64,000 nucleotides of DNA, taken from assembly GCA_964106915.2 (NCBI GenBank), contig OZ066924.1, one strand, 5' to 3'. Position numbers and translations under genes: made by a program. This document shows, piece after piece, positions 37,690 through 50,225 of the stretch. Every line of letters begins with the position of its first letter. Position 1 is the stretch's first letter. Under the pieces are notes generated by a model. That model searched no databases and was not told the DNA's origin. It saw only the letters and a list, made by a program, of their open reading frames with translations. The DNA comes from Podarcis gaigeae (lineage: Eukaryota).

Positions 37690-38143
37690 AGGAAAATGGC
37701 TTGGGCCCAGACTGCCTGAAAGATAACATTTCCCTATATGAACCTGCCTAGGTGCTAAGATCCTCAGGTGAGTACCTTCTTATCGGTCCCATCAACTTCA
37801 GAAGCAGTGGTGGTGGTGACACGAGACGGAGCCTTTTCTGTGGTTGCTCCCATACTGTGGCATTCCCTCTAAAGAGAGGTTAGATTGGCTGCCTCTTTGT
37901 TATCCTTCCACTAGCAAGCAATGAACGTCCTATTCAGACAGGCCTTTGAAAACTAAGGGGCAGACATTGCAGTTTATGGGGCAGCTGTCAGGACAAACTG
38001 TGTTTTAGTTGCTGGTTCTGTATATGTTTTGATATATTTTAACTATTGCTTTTAACTAGTTTGCATTATGTGTTTTTAAATGCTGGAATCCCAACTTGAA
38101 TTCCAGCGTGGGAGAAAGGCAGGATTCAAATACATTAAATAAC
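37690..38143 (+). mobile_element. Old L2 3' end
   Basis: gccttttctgtggttgctccc..ctgtgg (AFSVVAP.LW) and an L2-type tail. Confidence 0.65.
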
Positions 38144-39827
38144 TAAATATTAATGAAGATGCACTGAATAAAAGATAAATAAGAACAATGGGCTGAGACA
38201 TAGGCTGTTGTTGCTGTTTTGCAGGTGTGAGTCAATTGCATACTGGCAAATTCAGGTTGGGCAATAAGAGTGGATTTGGTACTTATGTGCCACAAAGCTA
38301 TTTGCACGCGCGCGCACACACACACACACACACGTTTTTTGTGGTAAGGAAAGTTTTGGAAAAAATTGCACTGGAAAGTGGGGAATGAAAACTGCAACAT
38401 GTATAACCTCCCTGCAAACAAATCAAGATGAATGCTCTATAGCTGAGTTATCTGGAAGTGGCCTGAGTGCTCTCGTACATCACTTTTCATCGAGCTCATT
38501 TGTAAAAACAGAAATTGCAGGAATCTACATCACAGGGTTGCTGCAAGTATAAGCAAATTAAAATGAAGAGTGCAGTGTCCCTTTGTGTTCATACTAAAAA
38601 GAGAAGATGTGGTTGCCACTTGTTTTTACTAGCCCTGCTCTTATGACCTGTTTAGTTTCTGTATGCCCAGCTGCTTTTAAAAGCACAGGAATGGAGTCAA
38701 TAAAATCTGGTAACTGCAAGCTCTGATGAAAAGCAGCTATGTCAGACAAAAACAGCCAGCAATCTGATGTTAAGGGTGGTCTATTAGATGATAGTCCTCC
38801 ATATTAAATTGCTGTAATCGTACAGTGAGAAACAGAATTACCAAAAATCTGAAAAAAATAGTAACTGAACATAGGCATAAAATAGACGTCTGCATTTGAT
38901 TTGATCAAAATATATTAGTGGTTTTTATGCAGGAACATGAATTGATGGTCTTTTTATTAGCAAGGGACTCACTTAAATTGGCAGGCAAAAATGGAATGAT
39001 TAAAAGGCAGAAATAAATTGGTTTCTACTTTTGGGTGGTGGTGGTGGTGTGGTGTTTTGTGTCTCTGTGTGTGTGCGCTACAGTTCCTAGCCAGGCTCAC
39101 TTTTAAGTCAGTGGGCTTTTTAAATGAGAGCAATGAGACCTCACCTTGAAATATTTCTGAAAATATTGCCCTTTCATTCCCACTAGAGATCATCAGAGAA
39201 GGGAAAAATTGGCCTTGGCATCTTTAAACTTAGATTAGTGAGAGCATTTTTTAAGGATTTGTGCTGGCTTTTTAGAACAGTGGGGAATTCTAATTTTAGG
39301 CTTAGAAGGATATTAGGATCTCAGATCAATATCGGGAGAATTTCAAAGTATTAGGAGCGAAATGTTACATAAAGGATGCAATCTGTTGAGTTTCTGGGAG
39401 CTGGCATGTTATGGTAACATATCTGCTGAGAAGCAGCCAGGGATTCCAGTGTGTGTAATCCTCTTTATACAGGAACAACGGGAAGCTACTTCATCCTGAG
39501 TCAGACTATATATATATATATTTCCAGTGCATATGGAATAAATTTGCTGTGTTCCAGTAAGGTGACCTACTTGTAAGCAAGCAACAACACCTAGATTGGA
39601 GCTTTTCAGTTAGTTTCTCTCTACAGCTCTTATACCCATTTATTTTTTGCTATTGGGGAGCAGGCTGGAGAACAATCAGCTATGTATGTATACAGTGTTG
39701 GCTCCAGAATTGAGGGGAGAAGGGGCTCTTGGACAAGATCTGCTTCATAGGCCCACCTCCTCACCACTGTTGCTACCTGTCAGGAGCAAGCCAGCAGTAA
39801 CTCATACCATGCAAGTTGGAGTTAACT

Positions 39828-41632
39828 TTTTTTTAATAATAATTTTTATTGGTTTTAACACAAAGACAAACAAAACACAAAACAAAAACATATAAAAACA
39901 TTTAAACATGACTTCCCCATACCTCCCTTTCACTGCATCCTTGTTTTACAACTCTTTAGCAACCCTTCAGTCAATTTCTCTAGTAGTTTTCTTTAAATTT
40001 ACTTAATGTTAATGTTTTCAGCTGTAATTCTCTATTTCTTACCCCTAGACATCCTGTCAGTCCTCAATTTTACAACAATTTTTAAGATATATTTTAAATT
40101 TCTTCCAGTCCTCTTCCACTGTCTCTTTCCCCTGGTCGCGGATTCTGCCGGTCATCTCTGCCAGTCCCATAAAGTCAATCACCTTTGTCTGCCATTCTTC
40201 CAGAGTAGGTAGTTCTTGCATCTTCCAATACTTTGCCAACAGGATCCTTGCTGCTGTGGTCGCATACATAAAAAAAGTCCTATCCTTCCTTGGCACCAAC
40301 TGGCCGACCATGCCCAAGAGAAAAGCCTCCGGTTTCTTTATAAATGTCCACTTAAGGACTTTTTTAATTTCATTATAGATCATTTCCCAAAAGGCTTTGA
40401 TCTTTGGGCAGGTCCACCAGAGATGATAGAAGGTACCTTCAGACTCATTACATTTCCAACATTTATTATTGGGCAAATGGTAGATTTTTGCAAGCTTGAC
40501 TGGGGTCATGTACCACCTATAGATCATTTTCATTATGTTCTCTTTTAAGGCACTACATGCCGTAAACTTAATGCCGGTGGTCCATAACTGTTCCCAGTCA
40601 GCAAACATAATGTCATGACCGATATCCTGTGCCCATTTAATCATAGCTGATTTAACCGTTTCCTCCTGTGTATTCCATTTCAACAGCAAGTTATACATTC
40701 TAGATAGATTCTTAGTATTGGGTTCTAGCAGTTCTGTTTCTAACTTTGACCTCTCCTTCTGAAATCCTAATTTCCTGTCCTGCTTAAATGTCTCATTTAT
40801 CTGATAGTAATGTAACCAATCTCGAACTTTAAACTTTAGCTTCTCATGACTCTGGAGTTTAAACTTTTCACCATCTTGTTCTAGGATTTCACAATATTTT
40901 GGCCAGTTAGGTTCCATGTTTAATTTTTTCACCGCCTTGGCTTCCATTGGTGACAGCCACCTAGGGGTTTTGCTTTCCAACAAATCTTTATATCGAATCC
41001 AAACATTATACAAAGCTTTCCTAACAATATGGTTTTTAAAGCCTTTATGCACCTTTACCTTGTCATACCATAGATATGCATGCCAACCAAAGTTATTATC
41101 ATACCCTTCTAAGTCCAAAATGTCTGTGTCTTCAAGGAGTAGCCAGTGTTTCAACCAGCAAAAAGCCGCTGATTCATAATAGAGTCTTAAGTCCGGCAGG
41201 GCAAAACCCCCTCTATCTTTTGCATCAGTTAAGATCTTAAATTTTATTCTGGGCTTTTTGCCCTGCCAGACAAATTTAGATATATCTTTCTGCCATCTCT
41301 TGAAGCAATCCATCTTGTCTAAAATCTGTAAGGTCTGAAATAAGAATAACATTCTAGGCAATACGTTCATCTTGATAACAGCAATTCGGCCTAACAAGGA
41401 AAGTCTCAGCCTAGACCATATTTCTAGATCTTTCTTAACTTCTGTCCAACATTTTTCATAATTGTCTTTAAATAAGTTCACATTCTTAGATGTTAAATTC
41501 ACCCCTAGGTATTTCACTTTTTTCATTATTTCCAAACCAGTTTCACTCTGAAATCTCTCTTTTTCTTCCATTGTTAAATTTTTTTCCAACACTTTCGTTT
41601 TCTGTTTATTCAGTTTAAATCCTGCTACTTGA
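39828..41632 (-). mobile_element. L1-clade LINE, young, 5'-truncated (1.8 kb)
   Basis: Poly(A) tail and AATAAA; 10-bp TSD ggagttaact (39818-39827, 41633-41642); unbroken ORF2 C-terminal half. Confidence 0.95.
40057..41631 (-). CDS. L1 ORF2p C-terminal fragment (RT end, DUF1725/zinc-knuckle region); no start codon
   Basis: QVAGFKLNKQKT, KYLGVNL, LSLLGRIAVIKMNVLPR, GGFALPD, CWKC...HLWWTC; no internal stops. Confidence 0.85.
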   Translation of the reverse strand, partial: QVAGFKLNKQKTKVLEKNLTMEEKERFQSETGLEIMKKVKYLGVNLTSKNVNLFKDNYEKCWTEVKKDLEIWSRLRLSLLGRIAVIKMNVLPRMLFLFQTLQILDKMDCFKRWQKDISKFVWQGKKPRIKFKILTDAKDRGGFALPDLRLYYESAAFCWLKHWLLLEDTDILDLEGYDNNFGWHAYLWYDKVKVHKGFKNHIVRKALYNVWIRYKDLLESKTPRWLSPMEAKAVKKLNMEPNWPKYCEILEQDGEKFKLQSHEKLKFKVRDWLHYYQINETFKQDRKLGFQKERSKLETELLEPNTKNLSRMYNLLLKWNTQEETVKSAMIKWAQDIGHDIMFADWEQLWTTGIKFTACSALKENIMKMIYRWYMTPVKLAKIYHLPNNKCWKCNESEGTFYHLWWTCPKIKAFWEMIYNEIKKVLKWTFIKKPEAFLLGMVGQLVPRKDRTFFMYATTAARILLAKYWKMQELPTLEEWQTKVIDFMGLAEMTGRIRDQGKETVEEDWKKFKIYLKNCCKIED

Positions 41633-44380
41633 GGAGTTAACTCTTTATTAGCAAAAACACGATCTGCACAGGAGTGTCGGGCCTAATGAGCATCTCATCT
41701 CCAGTAGGTCTTTCCCCCATGAATCAGTTGCTGAGAGTGAAAGTCCCTGCTTCTCCACTACCATCTAGGTCTCTTCCTCTCCAGGGCTTTTTCCAGACAG
41801 TCGGAGGCTGTGCCTGCATTCAGTCAGTCTCTCCTCTGCTCTTTTCATGCCTCTTTTGGTCCTGGGAGACAAAGGGAGAGGGGAGCTTGTCGCAGCAGGA
41901 GGGGCATCTAAATTTGGGATTACAGCATGCAGGGAGGGGTTGGGAGCAAATTAGGTTAACCTTTGTGTTCCTAATTTCTAGCATTTTTTAAAAGTAGTAT
42001 TTAAGTGCATAATTGCATTCTTATTCTGAACAAGTTCAGTTGGGAGCTAAGGCACAGAACTGACCTTCAGGGTCCATCTATATTCTGGACTTCATTCAGT
42101 GTATTCTGTGTTGCAGGGAGATTGAGGATGATGGTTGAACTTCATCCTCTTCCTTGTGATTGAGAACCAGAATTCAACTTGCACCAGTAGGTGTTTATTT
42201 ACCTCCACTGTTGAAGGCAGTATGTCCTTCAATACCAGTTGTTGGGAATCTCAAGTGGGGAGAGTGCTGTGCATATGGGGTGATGATGTGTAGACCCCAG
42301 AAATAGTCCTATTGTCTGACTGTATCTGTGTATTTTATTATGCATTTGAATTTGGAATCCCAGTATCACGCCAGACCGTTTTCATGCCGTTTGTACAACA
42401 AAACAGTCCCTCTGCCCTTCTTGCGGGGCAGGCGGGGAAAGCATTCTTCATTGATTTTCCTTTTAAAATATGTGTGCCATTGATTTGGGAGGAAAATATT
42501 TTCTCAGTCAGAGAGCCGAATGTGTGGGACTCTGACCAAACCTTGAACATTGCCACGTTCACAGGTCCATCACTAGTCTTGGAGATCTGTGAACAGAATG
42601 GATGTATATAAAATAAACAAAGAGCACTGAAGCAAAATCTTGTCCTGAGCCAATAAAGAGTAGAGCAAACAAGAAGCGAGAACCCTTGAGCTTGGTGGAT
42701 ATAGTTTCTTTTAATTAACTACATTGATGGAGAGCAGGCTTTTAAAGGTCATTTCCATCAGCAGTGATATTTGATGTCTGTTGACAAATGAATGCTTTCT
42801 GCATTTTTCCCATGTCTTTGGCATGCTCTCAAATGGCTGAAGAGCACACAGTCATTGGGAAATGCAGCAACAAAACACTTAACTGTCCTTGTTCCACCAT
42901 AGGCAAACATCTGAAATTCTTGATAGTGCTGTAGATTAATTTGTTTTTTCCTTCTTAAATGTTTACTCAACACACAGCTTTCTCTTTGCCTGCATATAGA
43001 TATTTGACAGTAGAAAACTCAGAGTTAGTTGTTAGCCTGGAAAGAATTGTAAGATTCCTCCACCAACTACCATACTTCTAAATACAGTGGTGGTTTGTGC
43101 CTATTGGGACAAGTAAGGTGGAAGGTAGGGAGCTAAACAATAGGTGCAGCCAGAACCAATGAAAGGCAGGACTGGATCCAATGGCAGGGAGAACCAACTA
43201 ATTCTAATTTTGACCCCATTTTCTTCTCTGCTGCGTTCTACAAGGGCAACATGGAAAGATCGTTCAATTATATTTTAGTGTGCAGGCAGGTGGGTTCAGG
43301 AGGAAGCTGCTCTTTAGGTATACTGGATGAGAAAGCTATAGCTCTCCAGAAGTTATTGGATTTTATTCCCATAAGCCCTAGCCAGCATGGTCATTGGTCG
43401 AGGATATTGAGAGTTTTATTCCAGCAGGATTTGATGGGTCATAGGATCCCTACCTCTGATTCAGGGCTCTCTAGGTAATAACCAGTTCTGTCAGCGCAAA
43501 GGTTTCTGCTTGTGCAATGGAACGTTCTCCCACATTGCTCCCTCCAGGTTGCCTAACTCTGTTCTAGGGACTCCCTCAGTCCTCTGGAACTGATTTGGGG
43601 GAAGAGATGGGAAGTCCTGTTGTGGAATAGAAAATCCTTGGTAGTTGAATACTATGCCAACAGTTTGTAGCATGCCTGTACACATACTGGTAATCATTCC
43701 AGGTGTTCTGAAACTGGCAAAAAAAAATGTTGCAGCAGTGTTTCTGTAGACATTCTAGATACTGTGTTCTGGACCAAGTAAAGCTTACTGAGACTGCCAA
43801 GAAGCAGCCTTGTGAACAGTATGTCACACCAGTCCATTCTTGATGTAACCAAAGCATGTGTCACTATATGATTTCCCCAGAAACAGGTGCTTATGGTGCA
43901 CCTGCCTCATTCTGGGCACTGCTGTTCTCTGACCACCCAGACGCAGCTGCCAGGAGTTAAGTCCCTGTTATAACTGTGGCATCCAGGTCGGAGCAGATGG
44001 AAGCAATTTTATCCACAAAATGTTTAGTAAAACTGTCGCAGCAAGTGACTGGGCATATCCTCTTCTAACAACATAAGGACTTTCATGATGTTACACATTC
44101 CTTACGAGTAATTGTTCCACTGGACCACTCTGTGTGAACACATTGATAGCAGAAAAGGAATATTTCTTTCCTGCTATTTCTGCCACAGAACAGGCCCTCA
44201 GGTGGGCTCTAGCATATGTTTCAGTCAGGCATGTCTGTTTTACTCCACTGTTGCATTGTTTTCCACCCTTCCCATTTCATTTCCTGACTCCCTGAAAAGG
44301 TCAGGTTGACTCTGCCGACAGGAAGAGGATTATTGGGAGTGCTTTTGTATTGTTATAAGAATTTAAGGTCTCAGATATAT

Positions 44381-44630
44381 AGAAGAAGAAGAGGAGGAGG
44401 AGTTTGGATTTTATATCCCTCTTTATCACTACCTGAAGGAGTCTCAAAGCGGCTAACATTCTCCTTTCCCTTCCTCCCCCACAACAAACACTCTGTGAGG
44501 TGAGTGAGGCTGAGAGACTTCAGAGAAGTGTGACTGGCCCAAGGTCACCCAACAGCTGCATGTGGAGGAGCAGGGAATCAAATCCAGTTCACCAGTCCAC
44601 CGCTCTTAACCATTACACCACACTGGCTCT
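44381..44630 (-). mobile_element. MIR-like CORE SINE with (CTT)n tail
   Basis: Minus strand agagccagtgtggtgtaatggttaagagc head, gggtgaccttgggccagtcac core, ttcttctt tail. Confidence 0.8.
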
Positions 44631-44747
44631 ATAAATTAAATGTTCATAAATTTACAAGGCAAACAAATAAATTTACAAGGCAAACACATAAATAAGTATG
44701 TAAACCACATGTCTGAAAATAGTACAGGAGAACAACATTTGGGTGGG

Positions 44748-45243
44748 TGTGATACCACACAGTGGGAGGAGCCCTGATGGGGTTTGTTGTGCCCTTTGAA
44801 AGGCCCAACAGAGCCTAGTTGCAGCTGCAAGAGGGTCTAATGGAGCCTGTTGCTGCTGCTGCTGCTGCTGCTGCAGGAGGGTCTGATTGGGCCCAGCCGG
44901 CTGTGGAATAATGAGGGGCCCCAGCCCCCTCATTGAAAATAAGTGTCAGGGACACGCCCAGCAGAGAGGAATCTCCAGAGGAAGAGGAATTGGCTGCACC
45001 TGAGTCGCCAAGAAGTAGGAGGCGGAGCAAGCGATTAGAGCCGAGGCGGGCCAGCAGGAGGAAGGACGTGGCGTATATCTGGCCTTGGGAGGGGTCAGAA
45101 GCCAGTTGAGTCAACTGACTCCGATGGTGAAGGATGAGTTGTGGAAGCTTGGACTGCTGTAAGCCTGTTATTGAGAAATAAACCTCAGCTACTTAAACTG
45201 CCAGCGTTCCATGTCTTGTGTGGGGGAAGCGCTAAACATGACA
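44748..45243 (+). mobile_element. Solo LTR-like element with peptide remnant in U3
   Basis: TGTGA ... TGACA termini; AATAAA at 45177; no clear TSD; contains (CTG)8. Confidence 0.6.
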
Positions 45244-46039
45244 ATAAGGGGCACTCCCCCCCCCCCATAGATGGTGTGCCTGTCCTACAGCAAACATATA
45301 AAATGTGTATGACAGATCTGATAGCCTAGTTTTTGGAGACTCCAGTGAAGTTGAGACCGACCTTGTTAAGCTTACCAAGAAGCCTGGTAGTCTTGCAACA
45401 ACGTTTTCCTCCAGCACAGGGAACTCTTTAAAAAAGTCTGTTTTAATTGCTGGCTGAGAACAAAGGCACACATTGGGAGATTATTGCATTACAAAAGGAG
45501 GGGATCAGCCTTAAAACCAGCTGTCTTCTGCTTAGGGCTGCATCAGTGTAGAATAAAATGTCAAGCGTGTTTGTGAAGGCACATTTAAGCTGCATGAAGA
45601 CTGAAGCCTCTTAGCCAAAAGTGGCCCGGCACAGGAGGGGTGGAAATCCTCCTGGCCTGTGGGTGTAATACTAGCGGCAGGGAGCACCATGAGCCACGTA
45701 AAGGTGAGGGCTTAGAAAGAAGATGAACTGGTGGCGAATGATAAATGTTTGCATATAAAGCAGAGCCTTGCTTATTTTGATGAGTCAGAGTTGAATGAGG
45801 TCACCGAGTACTTGTACATTTTTTATTGGAATATTAATGTCTGAAATTACAGACAGCCTGTCTGTGGCTGTACACACTTCAGTCCTGATATGATTCTTTT
45901 GAAGATTCACTGGAGGTTTTTCAAAAGGGCTGAAATATATAGACTCTGCAGAAATATATAGAAGACTCTTCTGTTGTGCTAAGTGGGGAGGCAGAGCAGA
46001 AGAAGGCCAGGTTACCTTAATTGCCAGCCAGGTAATTTA

Positions 46040-46368
46040 GGGAATGTGTGGGTTAAACCACAGAGCCTAGGACTTGCTGATCTGAAGGTTGGCGGTTCGA
46101 ATCCCTGCAATGGGGTGAGCTCCCGTTGCTCGGTCCCTAGCAGTTCAAACCTAGCAGTTCAAAAGCACATCAAAGTGCAAGCAGATAAATAGGTAAACAG
46201 CGTTTCCGTGCGCTGCTCTGGTTCGCCAGAAGCGGCTTAGACATGCTGGCCACGTGACCCAGAAGCTGTATGCCGGCTCTTTTGGCCAATAAAGTGAGAT
46301 ACAGTAAGTGCCGCAACCCCAGAGTTGTCTGCGACTGGACCTAAAGGTCAGGGGTCCCTTTACCTTTT
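46040..46368 (+). mobile_element. Sauria SINE, second subfamily
   Basis: ggttaaaccacagagccta..ggttcgaatccc..ggggtgagctcccgttgc; ggggtccctttacctt tail. Confidence 0.88.
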
Positions 46369-47703
46369 TAACAATGCAATAGACAGCCTTGTGCCTTTCT
46401 AGGACACTTTAGTATTTCAGGACCCTTTAGTATGCACGCCTCCAGAGACCAGGCGTCCTAACCATGAGCAAAATGGAAGCTGGGTGTCTCCTCTCCTTTT
46501 TTCTTTATGTGCAGGAAAGGAGACTTGAGCTTTTATCACAAGATTTAAGCTTTTGCTCCTCTCCCCTTCAGTGCTGCTGTTTCAGTGGTGCCTGGCCGTC
46601 TGGAATGAGTCTGTGTGCCACTTCCTCCCACAGTCCCATGGAGAGATAACCTGCAAAGCTGTGTCAGGGGGAGGGCCCTCCCCCCCTTGAGCCTGCAACA
46701 GTCTTGCCCAAGGGAGCACTGAACCCAAAGTCTCTTTTCATGATGTTAAACAAGTATTGCCATATATTTCTTAGATTTCTTGGGTTTATTTCCCTGCTTT
46801 TATTTATCTGCCTTCAAACACTCTAAAACAGAAGGCCACAGGCACCAGGCTGTGGTTTTGAAGTTTGATTAAAGACCGGACAAACTTTTCTTCTTTTGCT
46901 TATGGTACTAGATGTTCTTCATTTCAAAGAATGCATGACATCTGGCAATTACACTTTCTGACCTCAAGGTTTATTATTTTAACTTTGCAAAAGGGCTGGA
47001 GCCTGGGGGGGGGGGAAGCCCACTACATACTGAGCACCCAAAGAGGTTTATTCCTGCTCAGCACGGGCTGTCAGCTTTTGAAAGTGCTCATCACCCGTGA
47101 GAGTGTAGGAAGCTGCTCCATGCATGGCTCTCCTTCCCAAAACGCGATCTCAGGTGACAATGCTATGCATTCATATGAAGTGTGTTGACCAAGCTATAGA
47201 CACCAGTAGAATGTCTCTCAGAGACAGAGTTCGGGGGAAACACTGTCCTTCCTTGTGTCCAGCAAGATGGATTTGCAGAGTGTGGATTGGTTGGCCCTCA
47301 AGAGTCATCATTTGTGTTTCTCAGAGCAGGGCTGATTGGTGGCCCTTGTATTGGTCAGACAGACAGCTCTCAGAGTGAGTTTTAAAATCTGAAAAGACAA
47401 CCTTGTTAATTAAAATAACAACAGACCAACAAATAACATTTTGAGCAGATAAAAATGCAAGTGAGGGGCTTGCTTGGGTGTGGCATTGTAAGTCTCCTTC
47501 CCTTTTTTCTTCCATGGAAAAGGAAGGAGAGGAGGCTTGAGGTTCATCTCAGAGAGATAAAAAGCATGATGCTCATTCCAGTGGCTATACATGTGTCCCA
47601 GAGCAGGGCCCTATCATTAGGCAAAGTGAGGTGGCGGCCTCAGGTGGCAGATAGCAACCTGGGAACCTGCTTTATCCCAAATCATTTGCCTCTTTGTCTA
47701 CAG

Positions 47704-47954
47704 CAGGGTCAGAAACCTTTTTCAGCCATGGGCTTGTCCACTGTCCCTCAGACCATGGTGGGCTGGACTAAATTTTGAAAAAAATAATAATGAATGAATT
47801 CCCTATGCCCCACAAATAACCCAGAGATGCATTTTAAATAAAAGGACACATTCTACTCATGTAAAAACATGCTGATTCCCGGACCGTCCGCGGGCCGGAT
47901 TGAGAAGGCAATTGGGCTGCATCCGGCCCCCTGTCATTAGGTTGCCTATCCCTG
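47704..47954. mobile_element. hAT-Charlie MITE, OposCharlie1-like
   Basis: caggg ... ccctg TIRs; TSD gtctacag / ttctacag; cactgtccctcagacc and gcgggccggatt subterminal motifs. Confidence 0.8.
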
Positions 47955-50225
47955 TTCTACAGTGACTGGCAGCTGCTTTGCAGGATTTCAGAGAAGGAGC
48001 ATTTGCAGCCCTGCCTGGAGATGTCGAGAGAAACCAAAATTGACAGATTTGCCTCTCTGTAGGCACTAGGAAAAACTGGGCTGCTCTTCTTTTGCTGAGG
48101 CCACTAGCATTTCATTTTCCCTTAACTGCTTCTCTTTGTGATTCTTCCTGTGACTTTGAAAGGAAGTAGAAACAGACAGAGACATTTCTATTCAGGCTAG
48201 CTTACTTTCACCTGTCACTTTGTCACTGGTTCATGGTGTCTAAAAGGCAAAAGATTTATACAGACTGAAGAGAAACTAGAGTTCAAGATGGCATACAGAA
48301 ATGTAGCAACAGAAATCAGACCTCCAGTGTAATGGTCTTGATGTTAGTTACAAGAGTAGCAATGCAAATAAGAGTGGAGAGTGAAGTTCAGAAGATGATG
48401 GGAATGCAAATGAAATGAGTGAATGCATCACAGTTTACTTGAATGGAACGCATCACCATTTAACACTATGAACCTATGTAGGTCTACTCAGAGGCAAGCC
48501 CCATTGAATACAATGGGATTTAGGGATGTGGAAATAAGTATTTACAGTCTGTATCATTTTTGCAAGTAATTATTCCTAAGTCTATCCCATCCCATGTTGA
48601 TCTGCATTTTTTAAATAAAAAAGTATGAACACTTGCATTACTGTTGAATTCCCTCCTCCATGATACACGTTGTCTGCATGTCTTATCCCAAAATAGCATT
48701 TAAGCACACCTTCTTATATGTGTGTTGGGTAAGATTTTTTTAATCAAGAACTGTATTGCAAAATTTATAATACTGTAAAAATGGAAGGATGACTGTGTTC
48801 AGATCTGCCTATTAATCTGGAAACTGCAAATGAGTTCAGTTCAGTTTAAAATGTGAACTGGATAAAATTCTTGAGCATTCTTATTGGGACTTACTCTCAG
48901 GTAAACATGTATGGGACTGCATCCTAAATTACATTTTCATCCAAATCAAAGGCTTCAGAAATGAACAGCTGTTTTCTACATAGGTGATGTAAATTCAGCA
49001 CAGAGGGTTGTATCCAGCACGTACAGGGAATGGATTCTCAATGCACTTAAGTTAGTAATGTCCTTTGATTCCTATTGGCCTATTCCAAGTATGACTTATT
49101 TGGAAGTAACCCAATGAATTGTCACCCTTTGTTTATACTCGACACATTTGATGGAACATGTTTTATTTACGGTACTTGCAATCTGTGCAGCCACAGTATC
49201 GTGGCATTGATAAATGGCTGGTTCTCTCAGTTAGGTTTAAGCAGGGTGGTCTCCTTTGCCAAGTCTGACAGGTTGATGGTGAGATGGACTTGTCTCAGGT
49301 CCTTCCCTTTGGCATTTGTAGACTGCAGAACACCAGGAGAGGCTGCAGTGGTTGCTGCTTATGGGCTTTCTTATAAGCAAGGCAAAGCATTTTAAGCAAA
49401 GCTCAAGAAAGGCTCAAAGCCTAACATGTGTTGAAGCCCTGAAAATGCAGGAAATCCAGCTCTTCTTGTGTACAGTCAAGAAGGCACTGTTTCTTCTGAA
49501 ATTGACACATCATCTCTCTCCCCACCACCCACCCCCGTCTTGGATGACGAACTTTCATTAATGTTCCCATGAAAGGAACATTATGTGATTATTGATAGCC
49601 TACCCCCCTGATTTTTTTTCTTAGTCCAAATATAGTCCAGAACGATAGTTTTGCTGTTTGATGTTCCAATACAAGAGCAACTAGCGGGCCCTGTAAAGAG
49701 AGCAGCCTGTGATTCCCTGTGTTTAGTGTTCGTGCCTCTTTGTTTTGCCATGCATCCCTGATCCAGCACCCATTTGTTTGAGAAACAAACACAAGGCTTC
49801 ATATTCTGCTACATTCTCTGTAACCTGTGGACAGTTTTCTGCATCTCTGATGCAATGAGGATTCCCTTTTGCCTTGTTTGCCCAGCACACGTGAGAAAAC
49901 CATTTGCATGGCTCTGAAAATTGCCCTTTATTTTTACAATCTGCTCTTTGCATTCTTGCCATTCACTTTAAGTGAAAATTCACCAGCATTTATAGGAGTA
50001 ATTTCTCCTCATGTACACATTTTTTAAAACATTCCCCACTCAACATCATGCATTTTGTGTGACGTTTTCGTTAATAGATTCATTTTTACGCAAAATTGTA
50101 TGTGAATTCCAAAGGATGGCTGTGCTTTGGTTTTTGAAAGTGCAAATTAGGTAGGTTATTGTCTAAATGAATTGCACTTTTTTCCTAATTCCTCCATTAT
50201 GTTCTCTGCACCACTCCAAGTGGGA

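Larger units (their letters stand above)
39778..41910 (-). mobile_element. Solo LTR (same family as 426-965) interrupted by L1; 5' part lost
   Basis: Minus-strand end gctcctgaca at 39778; AATAAA at 41644-41649; sequence is continuous across the L1 TSD; peptide remnant at 41908-41765. Confidence 0.7.
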
